Positions 26,346-42,190 are shown, counted from the first letter of the stretch. The stretch: 64,000 nt of DNA from Eledone cirrhosa (GCA_964016885.1 OZ024762.1:4526001-4590000), one strand, 5' to 3'. Translations and numbers: made by a program. The notes: generated by a model not told the origin, from the sequence alone.

Positions 26346-28360
26346 AGGAATCCATCAATACATCATCAATAGCAACCTTATTTGTACCAGATCAAATGTT
26401 TCCAGACTATGGTTCGTCGCTCTTTAGTTTATCACCAATAATCTCTAGTTGTGTCACACTTTAGTGATTCGCTCTCTAACTCATTGCAATCGGGGCAGAA
26501 TTGGCCACACGCACGGGTGAGACCCATGCAGTGAATTGGATTATCGTCAAAGCCATAGCAGGAGAGACTTTTGTCATTCTTGGTCTCTCAAACGCCTCCC
26601 TATTCACTGCAATCGGCGGAGAATTGGCCACCTGCAGGAGTAAAACCTGCGAGTTGGAATGACTATTTCAACGCATTTCCCTCGTTATCCTCCGGGGTAA
26701 CGCTTTCCCCCATTCTATCCGTTGGGACCACGCAGTGGCCAGTACTTGGGGTAAAAAATGCCCTATGAAAAAAAAATTCTATGAGAAAATGAAGGATGCT
26801 AACTGCTGTAGCGTCTGTATAGGGTAAAAAGGAAAATAATAATGAAATGTTTCCAATCCCTTAGAATGAATTTGAGGACTTGCGGGCAGCGATTGAATAA
26901 TCTGACTTGTATTCAGATAGTTGGTGGAGTTCTGTAGCTTTTTTAGAATGTTCTATCTTTCTACAAATAACACGACCACGAGCAAGTGGTGGTGGTTGTG
27001 TTGGCGGGGCCAGTGGTAGTGGTAGTGTTGGTAGTGGTGGTGGCGATGGTGTAACACATGCACAAAATATAGTTAATGCTACATGGTCTGTAGAGATGTG
27101 GCTCACATAATTAGCGTTAGATTCGATCGTCTGTCATATAACTTATACACATGTGTCCGATACATCTTCCGGTATGAATGAAGCATCACATGGTTAAAGG
27201 ACATGTGTATGTGTGTGTGGTTACGGGGGAGTAGAAGACTGAGGGAAATAATTGTAAGGGACAATGAATGGAAGAATTGTTGTTGTTACTGTTGTTGTTG
27301 TTGGTGGTGGTGGTGGTGGTGGTGGTCATGGTGTTGTTTACGGTGATGGTTGTTGTTGTTGTTGTGGTCGTGGTCGTTGCCGTGGTGGTTGTAGGTAGTG
27401 TTGGTGGTGGGGTTGTGGTGGTGGTGATGGTGGTGGTGGTTGTAATGTTGGTTGGGGTGATGGTTGTGGTGTTGTGGTTGGTATTGTTGTTGTTGGTGAT
27501 GGTCGTTGTGGTGGCGGTTTTGTTGGTGGCAGGGAGTAGTGGTGTGGGGGAAAGGTGGGGTGCTGTTGTGGTCGTTGTGGTTCTTATTGTTGTTAATTTT
27601 GTATATGTGAAATGGAATCAACCTCCGTCAGTTTCGACACTGAGTGTTGCAGTTGTTCGATCAACAGAACAGCCTGCTCAAGAAATTAACGTGTATGTGG
27701 CTGAGCATTCCACAGCCACATGTAGCCATAATATAATTCTCTGGGGGATTCGTCATAGCAGAATACGTATGTGACAAGATCGACTCTTTGCTACAGTCAA
27801 TCCGACGGGCTTTCGAACAGTTTCCGTCTACCAAATTTCATTCATAAGGCACTGGTCAAGCCGAGGCTGTATCAAATAATATTCCACAGCCACTGTACTT
27901 CTCAGGGAGATTCGGCCTGACTCATTACGTATGAGACAAGATTGCCTCTTTGAATTTTATGTGCAGTCAATTCGACGGGCTTCCAAGCAGTTTCCGTCTA
28001 TCAAGTTTCACTGAGAAAGGAGAGGTCGACCCGTGCTGTAGCAAGTAACATTGCCCCAGATGCTATTCCGTGGAATCGAACCCGAGACCTTATAATTCCA
28101 AATTAAATGTCTTAACCATTCGTCTGTGATATGTTTAGCGTGGTAAAGTTTGAAACCTTTCATCTAAAATAAGGGTTTGAGAAACTATTCAGTGTGAAAT
28201 AATGGGGTTCCACAGTAATGGTGGACAAGAGAAGTTCAGGGGTAACCCGTCTCTGGTGGTGTCGTCTTGTCTGTCTGTTAAATAGTCCAGCCGCTTCACG
28301 TCCGCTGACTCATTCCGTTTCACTCGAAATATTAAGAACAGGAATATTTCATACACCTCT

Positions 28361-28399
<39 letters not shown>

Positions 28400-28479
28400 G
28401 CGAGTGAGTGTGTGTGTGTATATACACGCACACGCATAGCACGCACACATAGTTATATATATATATATGTGTGTGTGTG

Positions 28480-29533
<1,054 letters not shown>

Positions 29534-29871
29534 TTAACTCTATAATAATTAGGTTATTTTCGTATTTAATTAATTATAAAAAATAAAACATGGGGAGGGG
29601 TGTAAACAAATATCAAACAAATAAATAAATAATTAATCAAAAAATTTGAAAAATAACAAAAAACAAAGAGAAAGAAAGACAACAATAATAGTTAAAACAT
29701 TTTAAAAAAAATTAATAAATTCATTATATCTGTTAGTGTTAACTGGGGTGGGGGTGTTTCAGGTTTGGAAGGAGGTTTTAGTTAAGGAAGGGTCGTTGTA
29801 GTGAATAGATGAGGGTTTAGGGGTTGGTTTAAAACAAAAGATTAATAGAAATAAAAGTTGACAGCCCGTAC

Positions 29872-29917
29872 CTGCTGAGGTTTCGGTGGAGTAGTTTCAA
29901 TTGTCTCAATATGCGCT
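29872..29917 (-). CDS. Zasp: Zasp/PDLIM-family gene, 46-nt linker exon
   Basis: ctattttcaacag acceptor and CAG|gtacgg donor. Phase 2 to 0 exactly bridges the PDZ exon to the downstream phase-0 exons. Encodes (R)AHIETIETTPPKPQQ. Confidence 0.8.
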
Positions 29918-30724
29918 CTGTTGAAAATAGACAAGACACTTTCATCAACATGGCTTCCCTCATATATTTGTTTGTGTGTGTGTGGGTATACAAATATGTG
30001 TGCGTGTGTGTGTATATATATATATGTATATATAAATATATATGTGTGTGTGTGTGTATACAAATGTGTGCGTGTGTGTATATGTATATATAAATATATA
30101 TGTGTGTGAAAACCGTTTTTCTCTGCGATGCACCGTTTCGGAGCATTTGAGAGACATACACATATACACACATACACATATACACTCACATTTATAATAT
30201 ATACTTACTGGAAACTACGCATCGAGGGCCACTATGGTGAACCTACAGTAACTGGACGTTACATTCCCTAAATATATATATATATATAATATATATATCT
30301 TATGACATTTTATGACAGTATATGCGTCATGAATTGTGTCTGTTTCTATTTACCGCTGGCCTCGAGACCCCCCTGCTGGCCCCTTAACCTTGTTCTAGTG
30401 ACGCAGCTTGATGGAGCATGCAACTATTGATATACTCTTGTTTATAGGCTCTGATGATTCCTGCCATAGGGAACGGAAGAAACACTGTTAGCTAATAGAA
30501 CAATGTATTTCTAAGCACTCTTTGGTTACTCCTAAACCTATAACGGCTCTGTAGTATACCAGTTATCCTACACTGTCATACCGTAAGTCGGTGATTAATT
30601 TCGACGACTCTATTTAGATAAAAAAATGTAATAGTACCCCATTCGACGTGAGTATGGGCGTCAGCGATTCTGCGGAGGTTACTGGTCTTATCGGCCTTTT
30701 CCTTCTTTTCTCTATCAAGGAAGA

Positions 30725-30772
<48 letters not shown>

Positions 30773-31417
30773 GGGTAAAGACTCTCTTCGGCCAGGAATG
30801 ACCATGGGATTTACACCTAAAAGCTTCCTCTCCGAGGAACAAATGCGGGCAAGGTGATTTTGGTGGAAGACCCACAGTCGCCCACGTATATCAGTCTCCC
30901 CTCTACACGCCACCACCGATGTCAACGAAGGGAAAGGGAGCTGAGTTAACTGGGAGAATGTCAAATTGTCTTGCTCATGGACACAACTCATCACCTGGTC
31001 TGCGACTCTCTCTCTCTCTCTCTCTCACTCACTCTCTCTCTCTCTCTCTCTCTCATATACGTATTCTTAAAGACATGACTATATTCTGGTTTTTACTTTT
31101 CTTATGAGATATTCCTCATATTTTCCTTTCAATCCATTGCAGGTCGTTTGGAGTAACAAAGTTCATAATCCGATCGACGTTTCTAGACTTTCACAGTTTC
31201 ATCCTCAAGTGTAATATTGACATATTTTTACTTCCTATTTTATTGTAGGAATGTGTATTTTATTAAATGTTATGCAGTTTTGTTTTAATTTCATTACCAG
31301 CATTATAATAATGACTTTCTTACCATTATTTCAAACTTCAAACTTGACCATTATGTCATAAGTCACGTGTTTACCACGTGTGGTCAGTATTGCACTGTGG
31401 CTTGTGTATTAATCTTA

Positions 31418-31608
31418 GCCGGTGGGTTGGCAGAACCGGTAGAGCGTCGGACAAAATGTTTTGCGGTATTTCGTTACGACTCTCTATAATCTGATTTCAA
31501 ATCCTGCCGAAGTCAACTTCGCCTTTTTTCCTTCCGGGGTCGATAAAATAAAGTACCAGTAATGCACTGGGTAATTGCTGGCCTTGTGCCAAAAGTAGAA
31601 ACAATTAT
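31418..31608 (+). mobile_element. family 1 SINE
   Basis: Full tRNA-like head, core and ggccttgtgccaaaagtagaaacaattatt tail. Confidence 0.85.
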
Positions 31609-31646
<38 letters not shown>

Positions 31647-31680
31647 CGTGTGTGTGTGTGCATGTGTGTAATAGATGGGT

Positions 31681-31743
<63 letters not shown>

Positions 31744-31765
31744 AAATAAATTAAATGTGGTTTAC

Positions 31766-31914
31766 CTTCTGAGTGCTATTGGAATTTGTCCCCCTGCTGA
31801 CTGAAAGATGTCCTGGGCCTGTTTGTGTGTTAATCCAGTGGCGTCTTTACCGTTGAGTGTGAGAAGTATATCACCACGCTGCAGAAACCCAGCAGCCGGA
31901 GTGTTCGGAAAAAC
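31766..31914 (-). CDS. Zasp: Zasp/PDLIM-family gene, coding exon: C-terminal half of PDZ domain
   Basis: 149-nt exon with ttcttgtag acceptor and AG|gtaaac donor, phase 0 to 2. Translates VFPNTPAAGFLQRGDILLTLNGKDATGLTHKQAQDIFQSAGGQIPIALR, a typical PDZ second half (PA..L..GD.I..NG....LTH..A). Symbol denotes the family, not a proven orthologue. Confidence 0.93.
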
Positions 31915-32039
31915 CTACAAGAAATAGAACAAAACATTTCCTCATTAGAAACTTTGATATGGGAGAAGGTTTTCATTGGTTTTTGGTTTCATCGCTTAGT
32001 TTATTAAAATTACACCCACTGACAAAGGGAGGGGGTCCG

Positions 32040-32070
<31 letters not shown>

Positions 32071-32141
32071 GTAAAAAATTGAACGGGAACAAAACAGAGA
32101 GGCAGTACGAACAAAGGTTTATTAGTTTCATTTTTGGGACA

Positions 32142-32253
<112 letters not shown>

Positions 32254-32354
32254 GAGAGAGAGAAAGAGACAGGAGGAGAGAGGGACGGTAAGTGACAGAA
32301 AAAACCGTTGTAGAATGTTCCATATACGTACACAAATAGCTACCATACACATAC

Positions 32355-32448
<94 letters not shown>

Positions 32449-32577
32449 ATAGTGCTTTCACTGTTCTTGAACCGGGAAGTCAGTATAGTATTTGATACAT
32501 GTATGGGTGCACAGTAGATATAGTTGAAATGGAATAGGTGTGGTACCTAGCCAAAATCACGAGAGCCTTTCCTTGGG

Positions 32578-32630
<53 letters not shown>

Positions 32631-32632
<2 letters not shown>

Positions 32633-32801
32633 CGAAGGAAGTGTGGTAAAGAACCACATGGACCATAACGCACCAGAGAACTCAATACTTAGGGTAGTAG
32701 AGTGGGTAATAGAAAAAGTTCAAGACCCCGACGGCAGAGCTCAAGCCGTCTCGACGGGTATTTCTGGACTAAAATAGCCGTCGAAACGGCTTGAACGTTT
32801 T

Positions 32802-32804
<3 letters not shown>
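32631..32804. mobile_element. family A element with short inverted arm
   Basis: Full forward copy followed by aaatagccgtcgaaacggcttga. (TA)n on both sides. Confidence 0.85.
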
Positions 32805-32875
<71 letters not shown>

Positions 32876-33981
32876 AATTGAATATATATCTGACCAGGAA
32901 TGCTTTTTGTGAAAATCAGTCATATGGAACTATTGTCATCTTGCCTGACGGTTTGAACTTTACAACACCACCTGCCTCTTTGAGGTCAAATACCAACCCA
33001 ACTAGCATCTACAAACTGACCAATGAGAATTAAGACTATTCCTGCTGACAACATTAAATTATTCCTAACAAGCTCATATGTTACCATTAGCATTAAATGT
33101 AAGCAGGTAGCCACTATTTCCCCCAAGAGGTGGCTGCACTTTCCACACACATGTGCTCTCTTAACGTAGTTCTGGGGGTGATTCAGTGAGACACAGTGTC
33201 TGTGGCATGATGTGCCTACTGTATTACATTTACAACTCATTTTTTGCCAGCAGAGTGCGCTGGTGCAACGTGGAACAAAAGTGATTTGCTCAGGGTCACA
33301 CTACGTTCTTTTGGCCTCATGAGGCCAACACTAACCACTAAACTGCACACCTTCACAAAATACAACAACTCATAGAGGGGGAAGGACGTAAATGAGATGG
33401 TGCTACGTGGAAAAAAAGGGTTTTGCTCAGGGATACACTACGTCGTTTTGTTCTTTAAAGTCCTTTAAACGGACTCACCACTTCACGATCGTGAGTCAAA
33501 CACACTAACCACAAAACCAAGTGCCTTCACATAGTAAAATAGAAGAAAAAAAACTGATAGTTGGTGAAGGACGTGACAGAAATATTTGATAGGTTATAAC
33601 CAGAAGAAACTGGTATTTTCTTGCTATTTCTGTTGATTATGGTGAGAATGCTGTAGCTGATGTTGACAGTTGTGCAATTACAGTAACATATGATGCAACT
33701 AGAAACAACATTTACTGTTCATAAATAGCAGCCATGTTAGATAAGCCTACATATATATATACATGTGTATATCTGTGGTATGTGTATGTGTGTGTGTGTG
33801 TCTGTGTCTGTATATATATATATGTGTGTGTGTGTGTATGTGTGTGTGTCTGTGTGTCTGTATGCATATTTATATAGCTGCAGTTAGGTGGTAAGTTAAA
33901 AATATCTAATTTGTTTCATAAATGTTTCTCTCTCTCCAGGCTAGCCGACATGGAATGGGGCCTCTGTCGGGATTTTACTAA

Positions 33982-34044
<63 letters not shown>

Positions 34045-34144
34045 ATATATGTGTGTGTGTGTGTCTGTGAGTGTGTCTGTTTCTGTCTATGTGTGTATGC
34101 TGGCAATGGCATGAAAAGGTTGGTGAAAGGAACAAAATGAAAGA

Positions 34145-34190
34145 AAAAAAAAGAAAGAAAAACATGGTTATAGAAAACTCATCGATAGAG

Positions 34191-34240
<50 letters not shown>

Positions 34241-34484
34241 CCCGGGTTCAATCGGGGGTAACCACAGTAAGGTACTCAATACATAGAGTATAAATGTTTA
34301 ATATAGAAATGGCTTCTAGGGAATTAAAACTGTTCCATTCGAAGTAAAACATGAGGAAAGCCGAGGGATTTACTTCGAATGAATAACTCTAGTCACACAG
34401 AAGCCATTTCTATATTAAACATTTATACTCTGCTATGTATTGAGTACCTTACATACTGTGGTTACCCCCGATTGAATCCGGGAT

Positions 34485-34516
<32 letters not shown>

Positions 34517-34567
34517 CGATCTATCTATTGATCAGTATTCTATAACCATGTTTTTCTTTTTTTTTTC
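34145..34567. mobile_element. family B Penelope-like terminus as a ~200-bp-arm inverted pair
   Basis: Arms ...cccgggttcaatcgggggtaaccacagtaaggtactcaatac... and ...gtattgagtaccttacatactgtggttacccccgattgaatccggg. Homologous to 52931-53063, 42356-42437 and 14594-14640. Confidence 0.7.
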
Positions 34568-34649
34568 TGGCTCCAGGGGTACTTTACCCAATTTTTTCAA
34601 CTATCATTTATAGCGATAAATATTTATCATAAACATTTACATTGGGTCA

Positions 34650-35600
34650 ACCAACCGCCCCGCCCGCTAGCCAGCCAACTACCCAACTAACCAACCAACT
34701 AGCCAGCCAACCGACCACTCAACCAGCCAGCTAGTCAGACACCCAAACACTCAACTAGCCGGCCAGCCGACCAGCCACACAACCACCCGGCCAGCCAACC
34801 AGTCACACAACCACCCGGCCAGCCAACCAGCCACACAACCACCCGGCCAGCCAACCAGCCACACAACCACCCGGCCAGCCAAAAAACCCAGCCAACCAAC
34901 CAACCAGCAGACAACCAACCACCCACCCAGCCACACAAACACCCAACCAACTAACTAGCCAGCCAGCTAACCATCCAGCCAGCCAGCCAAACAACCACCC
35001 AACCATCTGGGTAACCATTCAGCCAGCCAGCCAAACAACCACCCAACCATCCGGCTAACCATCCAGCCAGCCAGCCAAACAACCACCCAACCATCCGGCT
35101 AACCATCCAGCCAGCCAGCCAAACAACCACCCAACCATCCGGCTAACCATCCAGCCAGCCAGCCAAACCACCACCCAACCATCCATCCAGCCAAACAACC
35201 ACCCAACCATCCATCCAGCCAAACAACCACCCAAATATCCAGCCAGCCAAACAACCACCCAACCACCCAGCCAGCCAAACAACCACCCAACCATCCAGCC
35301 AGCCAGCCAAACAACCACCCAACCACCCAGCCAGCCAAACAACCACCCAACCATCCAGCCAACCAAACAACCAACCATCCATCCAGCCAGCCAGCCAACC
35401 ACCCAACCATCCAGCCAACCAAACAACCACCCAACCACCCAGCCAGCCAAACAACCACCCAACCATCCAGCCAGCCAGCCAAACAACCACCCAACCATCC
35501 AGCAAGCCAAACAACCACCCAACCGCCCAGCCAGCCAAACAACCACCCAACCATCCAGCTAACCATCCAGCCAGCCAGCCAACCAGCCACCCAGCCAGCC
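34650..35600. repeat. composite (CCAG/CCAA/CCAT) satellite
   Basis: Recurring ccagccagccaaacaaccacccaaccat units. Confidence 0.9.
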
Positions 35601-37387
35601 AGTGGAAAGAACAAAGTAAGCTGCTAGTAGAATCTGTAAAGAGGTGTGTGTTTCTCCTGCGGCAGCTACTGGGCCGTTGCCAGGTGAAACAAAATATCGT
35701 GAGAAGCGCCAGATCTTCTTCAAAGGACTTATTGGGACAAGGAATGTTGACTTTAAGCTAGAGAGCTCTCTAAAGAATGGAGGTAACGTTAGTCGGCAGT
35801 ATCATTACCTCTGCACGCGCTCAGGTACATACAAACTCACATACACTCACACACACACACATGCACACACACACGCGCGCACGCACGCACGCACACGCAT
35901 ACTTATACATACACACACACACACATGCACACACGCACGCACACACATGCATACACACACATGCGCACACACACACACACGCATGCACACACATACAAAT
36001 ACATACACACACATGCACACACACACGCACACACATACATATACAAACACACACATGCACGTACATACAAACATACAAACAGGCAGAGTTTAGCACACAG
36101 ACACGGATAAACAAGAAAGTGCTCAGATTCTCAAACACACACATACACACACGCGTGCACACACACACACACATACATACACACACACACACACACGCAC
36201 ACATACATACACACACGCAGACATATGCAAACATACGTACAGACGCTAATAAACATGAGAGCCCTCACATTCTTAAACATACACACACACAAACACACAC
36301 ATACACACACACATAAGTGCATAAGCATGCACACACACACATACATGCAAACATACTCTAACACACATACACATACATACATACACAAAGACACGCACAC
36401 ATACACATACGTACATAAATATACACACGTACACACACACACAAATATGTAAAGACACTCACACACATACATAAAGACACGATGTGATGAGACTGTGATG
36501 TGAAGTCATACGTTGTAAAAAGGTATGTGACGAAATAGAATGGGATGTGGTATTATGCGATGTAATAAAACTGTGATGTGTTATCATTTGATAAGATGTA
36601 TGTTATGTTATAGGATATGATGTTTGCTTGTATGGTGCATTATAGTATGATGTAATCTGATGCAATAAAGCAATATTGTGACGTAATGTGCCGTGGTGTG
36701 TAGTGTCTTGTGATGTAATGTGCAGTATTCTGTGATGTAATCTGATGTAGTGTGCAGTGTCTTGTGACGCAATATGATTACTGTGCAGCATCTTGTGGTG
36801 TACTATGATGTAATGTGCAATGATTTATGGTGTACTATGATGCAATAAACATTCCATGTTGGCCTACATACCCCCACAGTACGGAACCCGTCCATGCTGA
36901 TTTACATACCCCAAAAGTACGGAACCCGTCCATGCTGATCTACATACCCCCACACTACGGAACCCGTCAATGCTGATCTACATATCCCACACTACGGAAC
37001 CCATCCATCTTGTCCTCCGTGTCTCCACACTACTAAAATCCGTCCATGTGCACCGCAAAGGGGTGAGAAAATATATAGATATCTTTGTAGGTAGTGAAAA
37101 AGAAAGACAACAAATGTACTAGGAAGGGTAGAAGAAAGTAGCTTTCCTGGTTTATTTTTGTCTAATACTCTCAATATTTATTTAGACTACGTCTGTAACT
37201 ATGTAACTACATATAACTGGATATAGCTGAGGTAGGGAACTGTGATATCTTAGATAAGATAAGAAGGACAATATCAGATAGCTGTTGTTGGTTAATATTC
37301 TGGCACAAGATTCTCTGGGTTGTGTTGTTAGTTTGACATTTACTCATATCCCCATCAGCATCCCGCTACATACATATTCACACACAA

Positions 37388-37439
<52 letters not shown>

Positions 37440-38331
37440 GTATACATACACACATGTTCACACACACATATTTAGCAGTCCCCAAAAGATAAGGAAATCC
37501 CTACTCCATGCTGAAGTACCAAGTTCTCTGAAAATTAATGATCTTTTTTTTGTGAGATTTTTAACGCTCACACACATACATATGCACGCATATATACATA
37601 CACATACATATATAAACACACATGCACACAAACATACACACACATACACATACATATAGATATTTATCAGTACCAAAAAGATGAGAGAAATTCTAAGACC
37701 TCCTTGGTGGTGGAGTATCAAATTGGCAAGGATCTACTATCATAAGAAATGGTTTTAGTGAATTTAATCGCCAAGAAATGAAACGTCCTTTTATCTGTGC
37801 TAAGCTACACATACCTTGTAAGACAGCAGTGCAAGGTTATACGGTCGTGGGGTCATATGGTCACTGGGTCAAAAGGGTCATAAGGTCACAAAGTTAGAGG
37901 GTCACCGGGTCACAGAGTTACAGGGTCTGACAGAGTTGACATGGGGATCAATCAAAAGCAGTGGCGCTGGATTGAACACATCCTCAGAAGACGTTTCCCA
38001 GCGCAGCCCAACATCACCATGCAGTGCTCCTCCGGTGGCATCCCACCCCTCTTCTCCTCTCCCCACAGGGCAAGGTTAGGAGCAGAGGACCAAGGATGTG
38101 TCTGTTGATGGACCCTGAATAATGAATTGAGAAGGAGCTGAGAGGAATTGGAGAAGAAGGCGGGACAGGAATGATTGGAGGATGATCATAGATATATCAA
38201 TACTAGATGATGTGAAGAGATTGATTGATAAATTGATCGTAGATTGATTGATCGATAAATATATTGATAGATATAAAGGTAGATAGATAGATGGATAGAT
38301 AGATAGACGGACCAGACAGCTAGCTAGCTAA

Positions 38332-38450
<119 letters not shown>

Positions 38451-38669
38451 GAGAGAGGGGGGGACAGAGTGATTAAGTGAGTGAGTGGGTTAGTAAATGA
38501 CAGACACTACTATGTTATCTATTTCGATCCATCTTGACAATTATTTGCCCAAATCCTGCCAAGTTCTGGTTTACTATTGGCCAATATAAAGCTGATAAAA
38601 TATAATTATATACCAGTCATGCACGTGGGTCAATGCAATTGACTATAACTTTCCTCTATAAAATTTGAC

Positions 38670-39380
38670 CAGATACCAGAGTGGTCAGTCACAGAGCACT
38701 AATACTAACACCAGCTACCAAATTCTATAGTAACATCCTGGCGTTGGACAATGGTTACAGATCTCTAATACGGGAGCTTTAGTGACCAAATGTCAGAGGA
38801 CGCCCCGAGTGGTCAATGCGCCCGATCACAGATCTCTAATACCAGAGTTACAGTGACACGATACCAGAGAATCATTCAATTGGTCAGTGAACCTTGTCAT
38901 AACCATGGACCACAGTGACCATGGACAAGAGAACCACAATTCGAGTGGTCAGTGTGCACGGTCCCAACCTTAATATGAGAACCACAATGACCAGGTACCA
39001 GAGTACCATGTGGATGGTCAATGAGAACGGCTAGAACTCTGTTATCAGGACCTCAATGACCACATTCCAGAGAATCATTCCATTGGTCAGCAAACGCGGT
39101 CAAATCCCTAACACAGTATGTAGACCACTCGAGTGGTCAGTGTACACGGCCCCAACTCTAACACAGTATGTAGACCAAGGTGTCCAAGTACAAGATGACC
39201 ACTCAAGTGGTCAGTGTACATGGCCCCAACTCTAACACAGTATGAAGACCAAGGTGAGCAAGTACAGGATGACCACTCAAGTGGTCAGTGTACACGGCCC
39301 CACAGGGGACCACATACAATATGAGGACCACAGGAACCACATACAATAGCACAATTCATGTGGTCAGTGAACAATGCCAA
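38670..39380. repeat. degenerate ~60-80-bp tandem repeat
   Basis: Recurring gagtggtcagtg...ctctaa(t/c)ac...gtgacca motif about 10 times. Confidence 0.65.
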
Positions 39381-39671
39381 TGTCCAACACATGAATCCTA
39401 ATGTGTCAGTCGACGCAGCCGTAAACAGTTGCCATGTATTGCTTTGTTGTCATCTCGTTAGCTTTACCTGCCATTGGTCAGTCTAAAACACTAACATAGT
39501 AAAGTAGTTGATTACAGTCATTACTTATCGGCCGATCAATAATATTCCAGGCCTCGTTCAAGTACGGCCGAGTGGGGTGGACCTCCTCGTCACCCCAACC
39601 AATGTTTACATTTGTCTTGCCATTACTGATACAATCTACCTGTGGCAACGTCTGGCAGAATACACACCCAT

Positions 39672-39717
<46 letters not shown>

Positions 39718-39842
39718 AGATCAAAAGATGGTTAAAAGAGTTCCATGTATTTTATTATGCGCATTTCAAAAACAAATATCATGGGATGATATTTGCGTTC
39801 TCATCAGATAAAATACATATATATATATATATATATATATAA

Positions 39843-39904
<62 letters not shown>

Positions 39905-40183
39905 GTGTATATATATATATGTGTGTGTGTGTGTATGTATGCATATCTAGGTTGGTGTCATGCTATTACATGGTACATGGCAAGGGAAGAATGTCATACT
40001 GTGAAACTGTAATACGTGTACTTAAGGAAATTGTCTTAACAGAGATTATGAGAAACTTTCATTTTTCTCGTTTATCCCAAACCCCTATTTTACACACACA
40101 CATCTATCCATATTTCTATCTATCTCTCTCTCTATATATATATATACATACATAAGTGTGTGTATACAAATATATTATCATGC

Positions 40184-40257
<74 letters not shown>

Positions 40258-41411
40258 TAGGAAGGGCAGAACGTGCAAACGCCAGAGAACTAACGCGGTG
40301 GGGGTAGGTAGCGAGGTAAATATTGGGGGTAGTGAGTCGGGGCTGTACGAAGGGGTGGGAGGGACCGTTATCCTACGCTGATTCGTGAATCTACCGCTAA
40401 AAATACTCGTACCCGTAATATGATAACCGACTAATCGGTAAACGGCAGATAGGAGGCTGAGATGAGAGGAGGGAGTTGTGTGTGTCAGGTGAATAAACCA
40501 ACAGCAACAACAACAACACCAACACAGCAACAGTAACAACAGCAACACCAACAACAGCACTAACAATAACAACCACAACTGCAACAGTAACAACAACAGC
40601 AGCAGTAATAACAGCAGCAGCAGCAACAACAACACCAACACAACAACAGTAACAACGGCAACACAACAACAGCTGAAGTAACAACAACAGCAGCAAAAAC
40701 AACCACAACAACTCTAACAACAGCAGCAGCAACAACAACAACCACCACCACAGCAACCACCATCACAGCAACAACGAAAGCAAGTCACATCAGCAACAAC
40801 AACAACAACAACAACAGCAGCAAAACTATCACAACAATTCTACCAAACACAACAACAACAACCACAACAGCAGCCACAACAACAACAACAACAACAACAA
40901 TAGTAAACGCTACAACTGAGGGGCTAGTAATATCTTCTCTGTAGTTCCTTGCCATAAAAACCTGACTAATATCAACATAAGACACCTTAGCTGCTAACTT
41001 GTCTTAGTAGAATATCATATAGTATATATATAGTGTTTAGTTAGTGCTACTGCATGAGTGATCTCATATTCCCAAATAGATTTGTATGTTAGTGTGAGAG
41101 AGAGGCTGATCTTAACGATCTTACAATCTACGACAGCTCACAAATATCAAAGTCTTGCAAAACAATATGGCCGAAAAAAATAAGAAAAAAGTAAAGGATA
41201 TAAACATATAAAGAGATACTGAGAATCACATCTGTTCAGGTTCTCCCCAACAGCCCCACCACACGTGTATATGTATTTATATATGTGTGTGTGTGTGTGT
41301 GTATGTGTGTGTGTGTGTGTGTGCACATGTATGTATTATTTATATATATGTATGTACATATACATCTGTATATATATATATATAAATATATAATATATAT
41401 ATATATATATT

Positions 41412-41443
<32 letters not shown>

Positions 41444-41451
41444 ATATATAT

Positions 41452-41558
<107 letters not shown>

Positions 41559-41689
41559 TATATATATATCTGTATATATATATATATATATATATACATA
41601 TATATTATATATATATAATATATATATATATATTTCGTTTCTGAATTTGTTTAGCAAGATTCTTTATCTGAAATCGTGTGTTGAAACCG

Positions 41690-41959
41690 ATATTGTTATA
41701 CTTTGGGAGGGTCATGCTGCCAATAAGAAACACACGCACCAGTTGCTTTCACTTCAATTTAATTTAATATATATTTATAAATTTACAAATTTATAAATTT
41801 CTGGTTGGTTGGTTGGTTCCACAACTGACTGTGGAACCAACCAACCAACCAGAAATTTATAAATTTGTAAATTTATAAATATATATTAAATTAAATTGAA
41901 GTGAAAGCAACTGGTGCGTGTGTTTCTTATTGGCAGCATGACCCTCCCAAAGTATAACA

Positions 41960-41963
<4 letters not shown>
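41690..41963. repeat. perfect inverted repeat, 134-bp arms, 6-nt loop
   Basis: 41690-41823 is the reverse complement of 41830-41963 (…ggttggttccaca actgac tgtggaaccaacc…). Confidence 0.92.
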
Positions 41964-42042
<79 letters not shown>

Positions 42043-42057
42043 GTATGTACATATACA

Positions 42058-42111
<54 letters not shown>

Positions 42112-42119
42112 CATATACA

Positions 42120-42187
<68 letters not shown>

Positions 42188-42190
42188 CTG

